The position numbers and the translations under genes were made by a program. The notes below the pieces were generated by a model. The model ran no database searches. It was not told the DNA's origin and saw only the letters and a program-made list of their open reading frames with translations. 64,000 nucleotides of DNA from Monocercomonoides exilis PA203 (Eukaryota > Protista > Preaxostyla): positions 372,001 to 436,000 of the forward strand of contig LSRY02000036.1 in assembly GCA_001643675.2 (NCBI GenBank), written 5' to 3'. Positions 39,907-53,875 of the stretch are shown here, in pieces. The stretch's first letter is position 1, and each line of letters opens with the position of its first letter.

Positions 39907-40892
39907 CAGATAATCTGGGCATTCAAAAAATATCACCAATTTCACAAACAAGATAATCGATTGATTCAAACATATGTGTTTTTCAAACAAGTGTTGGGTT
40001 CACAATTTCAAATCAAACAGATTCACTTGGTTATTATTTTTTGTTTTAAATGGAAAAATTTGCGTGAAGCCGTCTCCGTACCTTTACTGAGAAATCAAGC
40101 AATTCTTTTTTTGTTCAAAGTGATCAATCCCATTATTTAAATTTCAAGTCTTTGATGCATTTTGTTTTAAAATAATGAGGAAGCAATAATCGATATTTCA
40201 ATATATATTTTTGAGAAACATTATTTTTTTAGATGAAAATAGTTTCTGGTTCGTGATGAATGATGAATCAGTTCTATTTTTATGATAAGAATGTTTCTCT
40301 TGTTGAAGATGATTCTTCCATTTCTGTGGGAGAGCAAAATATTTGGAGATTTGAATATTTTGAGCAAATCTCTAGATTTGTAGGTAGTAAATAAAAAGAA
40401 TGTGCAGTTCTTGATGGCATAAGCTTCAAAAATCCGTAAATAAGAAAAAAAAACGAACTTATCGAGTGAACTTCGTTCGAAAAGAACACCAAATAGGAGA
40501 ACTGTGATTTGCGTACAAGCACATTTGAGAACATCGAATTCTCAATGAATCAATATGATGGAAATGAAACAGTTTTAATTGGAAGAAAACTGCTTTGCCA
40601 ACGATGGAACTGAAAAAGACCACTGACAGAAAGTTCCAGGTGAAATAGACTCATTGGAACGATAAAATGAAAGATGATTGACAACAGGGATCAGTTTATG
40701 CTGAAAGCAAAATCAAAGAAAGAGGGGGTAAAAATATACAAAGAGAAGTTTTTCACAGCTTATATTTTCCAACAAAATATGAAGATAAAACTGTTTGTTT
40801 CAAGAGTCAAAAACAAAAGAAAGATGAAGTTGGGGATGAGGGAAGAGGGACTTCCGAAAAAGATCCTTATGTTTCAGTCTTGGTGATTTATA

Positions 40893-43087
40893 TAGTCCGT
40901 GACAAAACCCGGGACAGGGACAAAACCCGGGACATTTCTGTGACAAATTCATATTTCAAATGTGTAATAAACTTCCAAACAAATGGAAAAAAATCAATCA
41001 GACAAATTTTGGTAATATTTTTGTAAGGTTTTTAAAATCTTGCTTATCTCCTGTTGATAGACATTAAAAATTCTATTGATCATATTTCCATTAATCGAAT
41101 GAAAAAAGCACAAATTTCATCCCCTCTTCCGTCCAAAAAGTTATCACCAAAAAAGGCCTCCGCAGAATACCGCAGATTACCAACAAAGGACGAAAAAGTT
41201 GATTATGTATTAAAACAAGATGGAGTTGAACATTCTGATCTCGTTAAAGACAAAATCATTTCACATTCATCAGTTAACAGACACATTGCTTCAATAAAAG
41301 CAGGAAGAGATCCGCATCATATTGGACATCCAGGATTGTTTAACAAAGAAAAAAAAGAAGAAATTGAGGATTGTGCAATCGCTCAAATGTCTTCTTTAAA
41401 TAAAATAACTGTTTCAGATATCATCAGATTTGTGTGTCGTTTTTTATTTTGACAAATCAATCAATTTTTTTTAACATGCAGAAAACGTTATGATAAAAAA
41501 AACAAGGACCAGACACCTTCTTTGGAGTGTAATAAAATTAGTACAAAATGAGCTCGCAGATTTATAGAGAAATCCAATATATTGATATTGATTAAACCAA
41601 AATATATTGATCTTCGTCGACTTCGGTGTTCAACAATAGAAAATATGAGAAGTTGGTTCTCTTAATTAAAAAAAGTGATAGATGACAATCAAATTTCTTC
41701 TGACTTGATCATCAATATGGATAAAACAGGAGTCTTAATGAAACAGTCAGATGATAAAATAGGCGTGTCAAAAGAAACACAACATGCTCTTTTTCCCGAA
41801 TCGCAAAGACGGAAAAATGCAACGTTGTTTTTCACAATATTTGCTGACGGTACATCTTTAGATCCGATCATGTTGTGGCCATCCCACACACTTTCCGAGG
41901 ATCTTTTTGAATAAAAGTTCCACCGATTTAACTGGTTAGCTAATGGAACTGTCCGGATGAGTTGAAACGATTTTGAAAAGATAATGATAGAAATATTACA
42001 ACACAAAATTTGTGAGAAAAGAATCGAGATGCATGTATCATCAGCTCATGCTTTATTTATTCTCGATGACCACACTTCTCGCCTTTGTTTTCCTGTAATG
42101 TCTTGGTGCAGAAAACATTTGATACATCTTCTAATTCTTCCTTCACATTCTACGCACCTGACTCAGCCCTTTGACAGATTTGTATTTGCGCATTTCAAGA
42201 ATTGCTTGAAAAAATCATTTCAAGTTCCTTCAGATTCCTCAATATCTTCCTTCCGAAAAGCATTAATTCCAGCTGTTTCTGATGCAGTCATCGATTCTCT
42301 ATGCCCGAAAATTGTTAGAAAATCATTTGCAGCATGTGGAATTCATCCATTTGACCCTTCTGCCGTTTATCAGTGTCTTCCGCAGAACGCTGAAGCCTCT
42401 TTGATGGTTGAAAAAGCGGCAAACAATTCTTCACATGCAAACAGCATCAGCATAAAATTAAAAACGGGGGATGATTTCTTCGAAAACTTCACCATTCAAT
42501 TAGAAAAAAAGAAAAAAAAGTCTCACAACAAATTCTTCACTGAAACATAACATTTCGAAATGTTGTGAAAACGAATCATCGAACATAATGGACAAAAGCT
42601 CTTGCATTTCTGAAGATACAGAAAGCTTTAAAACTCAGAAACATGAAAAGAAAACAATTGTTTGTGATGACGTTATATGCAAATTGCCTGAAAAAGAAAA
42701 TGAACATGAAGCACAATCAGAAAATTCAATAGAAAATGTTCTGTTTACAGGTGAAGAAAGGAAAAGAAAATACACTCTCGAAAGCGCTTGGGGATCAATA
42801 TTTGATTTCGGTTCATAACTTTTAATGAGAAGAATGCATTTGTTCACAGTTCAGCAAAATTGTAACTTCTTATTAAATCTTCTTATTATTCTTTTCTCGA
42901 TTCTTTTTATTATCTGTCAATGTTGCAATCGCATCGTTTCGGATTTTTGAGTTTCTCCATTTGAAATCATTTTATCTTTCGGATAATTCATTCACAACAA
43001 AAAAACAAAGCAGTTCTCATATTTAATCTTGTTGATTTCTTTTTGTAAATAACCTATTCCAATTGTCCCGGGTTTTGTCACGGACTA
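40893..43087 (+). mobile_element. pogo-like (Tc1/mariner superfamily, DDE_1) transposon, full length but inactivated
   Basis: 24-bp perfect TIR TAGTCCGTGACAAAACCCGGGACA with TA flanks; GACAAAACCCGGGACA is repeated inside the left end. Confidence 0.92.
41099..42818 (+). pseudogene. pogo-like transposase with stops and frameshifts
   Basis: Motifs INMDKTG (NMDETG), FILDDHTSR (DGHSSH) and LPSHSTHLTQPFD..VF..FK; CENP-B-like W.RRF region; probable intron at about 41432-41481. Confidence 0.88.
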
Positions 43088-44673
43088 TATCATTTGGAAG
43101 AAGAAAGGCAGAAATTGAAATTGAGAGAAACGAATTATTGCTCATGAACTTTTTTGATAGAAGCCGCACAATAGAACGATGAATTAAAAAGTTGTTGAGC
43201 TTCTTGCTGAAAATGCACAAACTGGAGGTTGTTTTAATTCTCAGACTTCATTCGATTTAGGAGGTGGTGGGGAAGAAAGCAGATTAGACAGAAATGTGTA
43301 TTTGAAAGTGAATTTTTGAAGACATCCACTTCTAAACTCAGTTTTCTCCTGTTTTTTAAGTTAATTGAAATGGTGCATGAACTGAACATGGAAAAAGGGA
43401 AGAATTTGTGATCTTCTTCTTCTTCATTTTTTGATTCAAATAGTTATTCTTGTTCTCTCACATTGCTCTTTTCTTCTAAAAAACCTCGTTGCGTTCAGTC
43501 AATCATCTGCTTGGATGCGAATGTTGTTTATAAAAGTGAAATTTGACCAGAACATTAGCGGACTTTTCCTTTTTCTTTTTTCTTTTCTTTTATGGAACAT
43601 CCAGTCAGTTTTTTAATTGTAGTTCATCATCATCTATTTTCATGAGCTTTATCAATACCATTATCTGAAATTTATTTCGTTGGTATTTAGCACCAACAGA
43701 ATGGCATCATTTTCTGTTTGCGGGCAGAAAGGCAGGGATCTTGCAAAAAGGAAATCAATTGGCTTTGAGGGAATGTAATTCTATTGATAAACTTGAAAGT
43801 TTCTGTCATTAACATTGCAATTTGGATTATTATCTCCTTGCGAAGTCAACTTGTTAAATGTGATATTATTTTCAATTAACAACGTCATATGGAACCTTCT
43901 CATATTCTTCATCGGAAAAATCATCTGATTAATCTAAAACTTCTCTATTTCTTTTTATGTTATCCTTCTTCATCCTCTCCTTTTTCTTTGATATTTTTTC
44001 TCAAGCTGTGTTGCATAGGGGTATCATCCTTCTAATGAATTTGAGCAACTGAATCAGAAGCACAGCAAATTGAACCGAAAATTGCTTTTTTTCTTCCCTT
44101 CAACTCAGAAAATCAATTGTTGAGTGCGACTCATTTTCTTTTTCATTTTGATACTGAAGATGAAATGTTATCGAGGATAAATCTGCATTTTCATTCAAAT
44201 CGTCTTCTTTTTCTTCAGACTTCTTCGACGAACAACAAAAAATTGTCATTTCCATTTCGTTCAACTCCCGTCAAATTCATCGTTGGGCATCATCTTTTAT
44301 TTTCTAATCGGAAGCACAAAACGAATATTCATTCAATAGCAAAATGTCAGCTGAAATAAAATGTCAATAGAAGTGATTTTGTGTTGATAAAAGCTGATGT
44401 GTTGGCGCGAAATCAAAAAAAAGGAGATCGAATTTGGATTATTCATTTGGAGGCTGAAAGAGGCGCAGATTAAAAAGAAAGAGTATTCGAGCAATTCTTT
44501 CATGAAATGAAGGAGTTCAAAAATAGCGTTCGGAAGGCTACACAACGTCGCACTCCTTCAACATGTCGGAGAAGATGAAACGATGAGGGAAACTTATTTA
44601 TTTGAAAAGGCATATTTAATGGATAATTCTATGAAACAGCAGAATTTACAAAAGACATGTGATGATTAATCCA

Positions 44674-46900
44674 TCAAAAGTGTTTTTGAGTCAATTTCAT
44701 ATTTTTTGTGTTTGTGCCACCTCCCCAACTTTCTTCGACTTTGCCTTCATTTGCACATAAATTCACCGACAAGCCAGCTGATGAAATGATTTCTGACTTA
44801 TGATCTGCACCTTCTTCAGAAGCCCCGTCGCATTGCGTGTGCTCTTGCAGGACATCTTTGATAGCCAGCAATTCATTACTTTGATGCCAAGTATTCTTTC
44901 CACGTATTCATTGTCAGCTGTGTGCCCGTTGATAAAGATTTATAGATCGAAATTCCAATTGCTTCTTTTCTGTCATATCCAACGACCGAGTTGTCTTTCT
45001 GAGTGATGTTTCCCATGAAGGCGAACAAGGGCTCTTTCACAGAAGCTACAAATGATTCACACATAAAATACATATCTCTTCCTACGCTGGCCTTTTTGGC
45101 TGAAAACACGATATTGGTGATGGAAAAGGTTGTGGATGACACTTGTGAATCATCGTTGTACTCGATCATGAGAGCACCGCCTCTTCCTCCAGAACTTGTA
45201 TCCTCGCTCACAGAGCAGGTGGAGAAGGTCGAATTCCTCACAGAAAATGTGTTGGCAGGCGAAGATGAGGCGAATGAGATGCACTCGCCATCGGTGGCAG
45301 TCTGTTGGTTTTGTGGAGCTGAGTTGATGCTGGTCATGGTGCAGTTGGTGAGGGAGAGAGAGAGGGCAGGGGAGGTGGCAAAGGAGAGGACACAGCTGGT
45401 GGGGGAGGCAGTGGAGGTGATGCCGGTGATGTTGGAGGAGTTGAGGGTGAGGGGTTTTGTGAGGGAGGTGAGGTGGAAGATGCTCTGGCTGTTGAGGGGG
45501 AGACTGGTGATTGCTGTGTGGTTGAGGGCGAGGGAGCCAGCAGTGAGGAAGAAGAGGGGGGTTGTGATTTATCTGGTGGTTGTTCCAGTGATGGTTGTTG
45601 CGTTGAGTTTGAGGGACGGGGAGTTTTGGGAGAGGTGGAAGAGGATGGGGGTGATGGGATTTGTGGAGTTGTGGGCGATGGCGAGGGCAGAGACTGTGAG
45701 GGAGCCCTGGGCCTGTTGGAAGAGGGCAGATGAGGCAGATGGATCTGGTGAAGAAGATGTTGATGTTGATGATTGAGAATGTGAGTTTGGTGGTTGAGGA
45801 ATGCCACTGGAGGCAATGGTGGTGGCATCTGTTCCATTTCCAGTGATTTTTGTGTCAGCTGCGCTGAAAGTGAGTGTTTGAGTTGGAACAAATGTTGAGC
45901 TGTGGAGGGAGAGAGAAGCGTCTTGGGAATCTGTCATGCGAACAAGAGCGAATTAAAATGTTTCACATGGGCTTTGCTGCGTTTTGCCACAGGCATCTGC
46001 ATCACTTCCACCATTTGAGACTATTTTGTTCTGGTTGATGATTGGAAGCCAACTGTTGTTCATCGCATTATCTGCAGTTTCTGCGTTCCACACTCTTTTT
46101 GTTGTGGTTTTTGATCCACAATTCTCAAATGGAGATTGGGTGATTTTGCTGCCACTGAAGAACACATCATTGCCTCTGCCATTGGTTGCGGAATTGCTAT
46201 CGAAGAAGCAGAAGGTGATGAATTTTATACTATTCATCCAGGAATAAGTTCCATCAAAGAATATTTCTGCTCCACCGTAAGTGGAAGAAGAAGTTAATTT
46301 GTTATTAACAAATTGACACTCATTAATTGAAAACTGACTTGGTTTTATTTGAGGAGGCCAATTGAAAGTCAATGATCCCGAAGCATCACCACCAAAATTT
46401 GAAATGCACTGACATTCAGATAACAGGAGTTGAGTATTTGCTTGGGTACTTTTCATGCTAAAGAACACCAATTCCACACCAATCAGTTATTTAGCAACTT
46501 TCCACTTTGTTTTCAGAGAATAAAAATTTAGAATTTCATTGCGAATACCACACAGCTGCAGATCCTCCATTTAACGCGAAATAATATGAAAAATATGATT
46601 TCATGATGTTGACATTCAATAAATTTCCACAATATTATGCTCCACCATGATTATCATTTGAATGATTGAAAAGCGAGCAAGAAGTGACAGTGAGATTGGC
46701 ATTTGTGCATTCAACATAAAGTGCACCCCCATGGCCAGTTCCACCATATGAATTCTCCCATATGCACCACTCGATGCGATGACTGTTTTGATCGAATGAA
46801 GTCAGTCTTCCAGGTTTCTTTCTTTGAGATTCAATTCAAATTTCTTTCATTGCAGCTTTTTGTGAAGAAAGAGTTTGGTGGAAGCTTGAGAATCGTAGTC
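44674..46900 (-). pseudogene. beta-helix/PMP-like surface protein pseudogene
   Basis: Successive ORF pieces (45953-46477, 45569-45937, 44876-45337) with FxxN/FxxC, GGA, GNDV/GRDM and CG...QSPC motifs, broken by stops and frameshifts. Confidence 0.8.
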
Positions 46901-46982
46901 AAAAAAATAAAAATTGAGTTTTGTTTTTGATATTCAATGGAATTGATTTTATGATGGAGATGACGGTTCAGGCAATATGTTG

Positions 46983-47391
46983 GGCATATTCACAGAGAAC
47001 GGGGCAGCTTTGATCTGACCCAGTATTTTTTTATTTTTAGGGTTAAAATTCCAAAATAATCACTGTATTAATTGATTGGTTTAGGTTTTAGGGTTAGCGT
47101 AACAGATCTTGGGTTTAGGGTTATGTTCCCGCTCTTCTTTTTAGGGTTAGCACTCGAAAAAACTTGATCTTTTTTGGATTTTTTGGGTTAGGGTTAAGCC
47201 AGGTTTAAGTTGAGTCATAAGAAAGCAAAGCTGGGCTTTGGCTCGAGTAGCGCAAGCGGTAGCTACCTCGACCGTTGATATTCCGTTGGTCAAAGGTCGG
47301 GGGTTCGACTCCTGCCAAAGCTCTTTTTATTCTGTGTTTTTTATTATTTTTTTCGATGAAATTTTTTTGCCCCGTTCTCTGTGAATATACC
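46983..47391. mobile_element. 409-bp Merlin/IS1595-like MITE
   Basis: 24-bp TIR GG(C/T)ATATTCACAGAGAACGGGGCA and a perfect 8-bp TSD ATATGTTG (46975-46982 and 47392-47399). Confidence 0.88.
47234..47323 (+). ncRNA. tRNA-derived Pol III-type cassette (not a canonical tRNA)
   Basis: A-box TAGCGCAAGCGG, B-box GGTTCGACTCC, GGCTTTG/CAAAGCT closing stem and a downstream T run. The D stem is imperfect and the anticodon loop oversized. Confidence 0.6.
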
Positions 47392-47569
47392 ATATGTTGA
47401 TATTGCATATTCAATAACAAGCATTCAAAGAGAAAACGCAAAGGAATAAAAAGTGATATTTCATTTTTTAACATTGTTTTTGAAAAAATATTTATGGGTA
47501 TTCATTTTCAGAAAAAAATCATTAAATAAACAAACATTTGTTTATTTCGATTGCCACATTTAAAAATAG

Positions 47570-49166
47570 ATGTCGCTATCATGGGTATGTACTAAAGAAT
47601 TATATTCATTAATATGGTGTTTATTATTATTATTATTTTAAAGTTGCCAAAAGAAATTTGCAGATTGGATGATATTTCAAGAGAAGAATTATATTCATAT
47701 TGGGAATATCTTCAAACGATGCATAAAATTGTTTCAGAAGGTTCGATCTTTTTTTGTTATCTTGGTAACGATTAAAATGGATTTTGATTGAAAACTTCGT
47801 TTTGAAATATTCAGATCCGTTATGGCGGCTTCCAGATCTTTTAAACAGCTCATTTATTCGATTTCTTGTTGATTCAACGTTTTCACGAGAGAACAAAGAA
47901 CTTTCGGTAATTTTTCCAACTTTTTTCCTTTAGATGTTTTTTGTTATTATTTATTTCAAGAATGCATCAATTAAAATTTTAGTGGACCTTATTCGACTCT
48001 TTTGTCCAAACTCATTGCCTCTTAAGCAAAAAGCAGTTGCATTCATTTTCAATGCTCTTGTTGATGTTTGTTTTGTTTTATTTAATTATTCATGAAATGA
48101 AAGTCCTTTTTGCATTTTTTTGGTATTAACTGCAGTTTGACAATCCCATTTGTGCAATTGAGGGAATACGTGGGATTGGGTATGATTCTTTTGCATTGGA
48201 AATAAAATTAGGACTTACAAATTTCTTTGTTAATTAAGTGTATTGATTGAATCAATCCCAAGATTTATTCCAGGAGTGATTCAAATTGGGTTTTTCGAAA
48301 GACTTGCAAGACGCATAGAGAAAGAGATGAAGCGAACGCATTATTTTGAAGAAGAAATAAGGATGCAGCAGAGAAGGAGGGGAAGATCTCCCCCTCCAGA
48401 TCAAAGCTCATTTGCCTCACGTTCATTCAAATACTCTTCAAAATCTCGCTCTCCGCCTCCAAAATTATCACTAATTGCATCTGCAACATCACCGCCTGTG
48501 TCTCCTCCTACATCTCCTCCTGTTTCTCCGTCTGCGTCTGCCTCTGCGTCTGATATGGGTTTTTCAGGAAATCCACAAGAAATTTCTTCAAAACAGCAGA
48601 AAGCACAAAAAGTGGATTTACCAAGCATCAACCAGAAAAAGTCAGAAGAAACCGGACAAAAAGGAAAAAGTGAAGAGAACACTGTAAATGCAATCAAAGA
48701 CGAAAAGAAGGAGCATTCTGTCTCGCCTCTGCAAGCACAGCAAAAGCAAAAGCAAAAGCAAAACAAAGAGAATGGCAAAGGCAAAGGAAAAGATGACAAA
48801 ACATCAAAATCTCAATCACCTCTGCCTGTTGCATCGAATAAAAGAGGAGTCAGCTTGTCTCCGCCTCCTTCTGCAAAGACTTCGTCTTCGTCGTCTTCTT
48901 CTTCTTCTTCAGTCAGAAAAGCATCATCCAAATCACCTCCTCCGAAATGCGCTGCTTCTGCTTCTGCTTCTGCCTCAGTCTCGTCTGTCTCATCTTCAAA
49001 CAATAAAAAAGATTTGCCAAAGACTTCATCACAAAATTTAAATAAGCAAAAAGGTGAATCAAAAGCATTTTCTTTGTTTGAGTCCTCCTCTTCCTCATCT
49101 TCTTCTTCTTCAAGTAACAAAAAAATTGAAAGGAAAAAGAGAAAAGAAGAAGAAGACGATTATAAT

Positions 49167-49204
<38 letters not shown>

Positions 49205-52200
49205 AGAGGAGGAAGAAAGCGATTCTATGGATGATAATGACCTTTATGAAGATGATCCACAGATGGCAAAAGCCGTTCGAGTTGAAAAGTTTGAGTCTAA
49301 TGATGCAGTTGCATTGAAAACGAAAACGAAAAGGAAAACGAAAAGAAGGAGAAACAAGGAAAAGATAGACAACGATCGTGATGGCTCAAAGAAAAGGATA
49401 GAAGCCTTAATACAAGACACAATGAAAGAAGAAGAAGAAAAGGAAGAAGAATGGAAAAAGAACTATGCTCAGTTTTATTTGTTTTGTGAGACTTGTTTGA
49501 ATACAATTGAAAGATTTCTCCCTGAAGACGATGTTGGATTGGATGAAAGAGACGAAAAGAATGAAAAAGAAGCGAAAGAAAGTGAAGCAAAAGAAGAAAC
49601 CAAGTTAAAGGAAGAAGAGGCAAAAGAGAAAAAGAATCGAACAGACGAAATTTTGAATGATCAGATAGAAGAAAAAGAAAGAGAAAAAGAAAGAGAAAAT
49701 TTCAAAGAAAAGCAAAAATATAAGAAAGAAATAGATGTCAATGTGTTTAAATGTCTGCAGTCATTTTTAGGATTTGCTTTGACAATGAAGAATGCAGAGA
49801 TAAGAAGAAAAGCACAAAAGATAATAGATTGGATCACTGTTTGTAGTCAGAATAATGAAATGAACAAAAAAGCAGGCAAAGAAAATGAAACAAAAGAAAA
49901 AGAAGGAAAAATTAAAAAGCCTTTGCCAAAATCGTTGAAAGAAAGTTGGTCACTTTCAGAAGAAGTGACAAATGCTGTTTTGTTGTTGAGGTTTGTATTG
50001 TCTTCACTCCAATACTCTTTCTATTTTCTTCTTCTCTTTGTTGAATATTTATAATTCTATTCATTTTTTGTTCACTCTTCTTTCATCTTTCTTTGATAAT
50101 TAGTGAACCGCAAACAGCGCAGTCAGGTCTGAATCTTCTTCTGTGGCTGTTCCGCCACTCACGCAGCATGTATGCCCACCAGGCCATCTGCTCTTTTCTC
50201 TTCCATTCGCCTTTTCTCTCCATCGTTTGCCGTATCACCAAGCAGCGTTTGTCTAAGCCCTCGAAAGCATTGCTGCCCAGCAGCTGCTTCTTGAAAGATC
50301 TGCTGCGAGTGCTGTGGTGGTTTGTGAGGGGGCGAAAGGAGGCAGCGCTGAAAGTGGCGCGGATGGGGATTGTGTCTGAACTGGTGCGTGCCATTCCACA
50401 AGTCGCAGAGGAGTTGATCGTGCCGTGCTTGGCTGTGGTTGCTGAGTGTGTTCGTTGGAGAGAAGCATTCTGGATTGTGCAGCTGACAACACCGTTTGTT
50501 GAGACGCTGATAAATCTTTGTACTTTGCATTCCCGCTTGTTTTCTTCGTCGTCGCCCGCAACAACCAAAGAGATTGCAAAGACTGTGCCATATCTTATGC
50601 CTTCCATTTATCTCCTGATGCGTTATGCTTCTGAACCAGATGAGTTTTGCTACACGTTTTACGATACTTATTTCAGAGCATTTGAAGATAAAAGTGCTTT
50701 TCGAATTCTGCAGAAATTCGACGGCCATCCAAAATACTTTGGCTCATTTTTGCGCAAGTTGGCAGCTTCTGTTATGGATGATAGTGTGGCTGATGCGGCC
50801 GGGGTTCTATCTTTGCTTCTGTGCAGAAGATACCCATTTGAATGGACCGGGCATGAGACGAATGAGAGAAAAAAAGCCATAATGAAGGAGTGTTTCATGT
50901 ATGATGACAAATATTATTGTTACTATTATAGTTACCCATATGGGGATCATTCCAGCAGTTCAGCTCAAAAAGACACTGAACCATCTGTACTGATTAATCC
51001 CTGTGAAACACATTCAATTGTTCAGTCATGCATTTCAATGCTATTTGACGGAGATGCAGATGTGTGGAAGATAGCATTCGAACAAAAGCTGGAAGAGCTG
51101 AAGAAGCAAGACACAGTAAGCAACATAGAGGCATCATCAACATCAACATCAGCCATTGACTCAGAAAAAGACTGGAGCGAATACGATGTGAAAGAAAATA
51201 GCAGTGTTATATTTGAAGAACTTAAGAATGAAATGAGACGTATGGAAGGCCTTAAAAGAGAAGCTGACATCAACATTCCGCAAACATCAGCTTATCAAAG
51301 TTATCTTCAAAGAGATCAATTCTCAAGTGCACAAGAAGGAAGCAGTTCAAATGGGGATAAGAAGATTAAACAAGGAAGTGCTTTGTCCAAAGAAGTCTGT
51401 GCTTCTTCTGAATGTGAAGAAGAAGACGAAGAGAAAGCTTATATGGATAATATTATAAACTCAGTTGAGCTGTCAATTCCTGTTGATCCTTTGGTCAAAG
51501 TTGAAAGTGGATTAACTGCCATGTCAATTTTTGGAGAGAAATATGAAATCGATTTCAGAATGCGTCCGCTTTATACGTATGCCACATTTTCCAGAGCACT
51601 TGAACTTTCTTCGTTCCCACACCCACGAATCATCCTATCTGCGCTGTATGCGATGGACTGCTTTACAAATTCTGATTTTCGCTTTCGGGCAGCTGGAGTT
51701 GATAACATGCGGTCGGCTGCAAGGCGAGCGGTAGAAATCATCACAGAGATAAGCAATTACCAGCAGAAAATGAAGAAGACATCCGCAGTTTTCGAGGGAG
51801 GTACTTATTATTTAAAAGCGGATGATGCAATGCCTTCTTCAGTTCCCTCTTGCTCGATTTTCCCTTCCTGCTATGCATTTGCAGGATGCGAAAACGAGAT
51901 CCTTTATGCAGCATTTCGTTTGCTGCTTCACATTCAGAGCACAGAAGCAAGAGACGACTCCTTTATACCAGATAAGACAATCTTCCGAGCCTGTATCGAT
52001 CTACTCTTCAATCAATCTGATTTTGCAGGATGTTTTATTTCAAACGAGATTCATTCTCCTCTCCTTTATGTCCCGTTGACTTCCTTCGATTCGCCATCTT
52101 CTTACTCACTTCCTCAACAGATAAGCGACTGTCTCTGGGTGCATTCAAACGAAAACGATCAGCAAATTGATTATCCATACAAATATGAAGACGGAAGCAG

Positions 52201-52357
52201 ATATCAAATTATGTTTACACGAACTTTGATAGTTTTCCTTGAAAATGCTTCAAACTCACCTCAACTATCCAAAGTTCTTTATTCGGTTGGATTTGACCAG
52301 AAAGCATTGCAAGATCTCAATGAACAATGGAATTTAAAAAAGTTCTTCCATTTCTAA
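47570..52357 (+). CDS. Large multi-exon hypothetical protein (~1450 aa) with Ser/Glu/Lys-rich region and possible ARM/HEAT-like helices
   Basis: ATG at 47570 followed by several short GT-AG exons, then long exons within ORFs 48243-50054 and 50093-52357 joined by an intron at about 49992-50103. Confidence 0.8.
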
Positions 52358-53511
52358 GTCAATATGCTGACATTTGAGGCAAGAAATCTGCTTTTTTCTC
52401 ATAACAAGGGAAACCTTCAACTTCACAAGAAATAATTGAGAGTGGATAGGGGATTATTGAAAGCAAATTTAAATGCCTGAGATATTTGAATGATTGTTCT
52501 CCCCTGAACAAATTTATGATCACCAATAAGAATGATCTGTTGACTTGCTTAGCACTGTAATGATTGAATAAAAATTTGCTAAGCATTTTACAAAGAGTTA
52601 TCTATTCACTTTTGATTATTTTATGTTTTGAATTTTCAAATGAGTTATTACAGAATTTTTTTTCTTTTTTTCTTTTTTGTGGAGGAGGAAATGTATAAGA
52701 ATTTCCGGGTTGTTGAATATGAGAAATGTCTGTGAAGATAATTTGACTCTGTTATATATTTATTTTTTGTTTTTGTGATATATTTTTACGTAAATTTTTT
52801 TATGAAATTTTCTTTTTTATTTTTTATTGAGGTTGTATTTCCCTCTCTCTTTCAAATAATTGTTAGGACTTTTCGTTGCCTTTTCTATTGAAAACTTTTC
52901 AATATCAAAGGGAAAAATTCCGGAAAGGTTTATTTATTTTTGTGCTGTAACTTTTAAGTCATGCAATAATTCAGGTTTTGTTTTTCTATTATTTTTTTGA
53001 AAATTGTTTTGAGAACTGAATATCTTGATATTTATGCAAAGTATTTTTAAAAATCAAACAAAGATGAGTAATTTTCTAAGTATTATTTTTCATTCTGGTT
53101 TAATTTAGGCAAATTTGTACTTTACCTGGAACATCAGAATTTGCATTATTTTATTATTGAAGTAATTGACTTTATTATAAACATATTTGAACAAAATATC
53201 AGACTGAGGAAATCATTCGTTGTTGATAAAATAATTTTCCAAAAATCAGAAAGTATTTTGCAGGTTCAGTTATTAATTGGAACCAAATTAATTTTGGGGG
53301 GATCGAATTTTCTTTATTCCAGAGTTCTTTCAGGAGGAATAAATAACAGGAGACTTTGAAAAAAATAAAAAAATAAAATAAAATAAAACAAAAATAAAAA
53401 AATTAAAAAAATTTGAGAATACTGTTTTTGAGAAAAATTTTTGATTTTATGTTTTTTTCGCGAAATCATATGGCATTGATTTGTTGTATTTTTCGCACTA
53501 TTTACACCAAA

Positions 53512-53595
53512 AATAATTCAATTTCGAAAATTAATAATTCAATTTCGTAATTTATTAATTCGACTTCGAAAAAGAATAATTCGATTTCGAAACGT
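53512..53595. repeat. 4 x 21-bp minisatellite (AATAATTCRAYTTCGWAA core)
   Basis: Direct reading of four units. Confidence 0.8.
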
Positions 53596-53875
53596 ATATT
53601 TTTTTATTTTGTGGAATGAATAACTTGTGTTGGGGGTTTTAAATTCTTTCAATTTTTATTTCATCAGTTCACTTTGTTTATCAATATTTCAAAAATGTAA
53701 TTTATTCATAAAAAAAAATTTATTCCTTTTTTATTGAAATTTTTATGATTGAAGTTAATTCGAAAAGAAAATGAATACATTTTCATATAAAAAATTGATG
53801 GGTTTATTATTGTCACCAAAGAAACCGAAGAAATAAAGAGGAAATCTTTTTTTGGACATATTGAAATATAACAAA

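Noticed and set aside
47037-47196. Interstitial telomere or chromosome fusion scar
   Set aside because: The motifs are short, scattered, on one strand only, and enclosed by TIRs and a TSD.
47241-47322. Functional tRNA gene
   Set aside because: Positions 1-7 (GCTCGAG) do not pair with the 3' strand, the D stem is half mismatched, and no 7-nt anticodon loop can be assigned.
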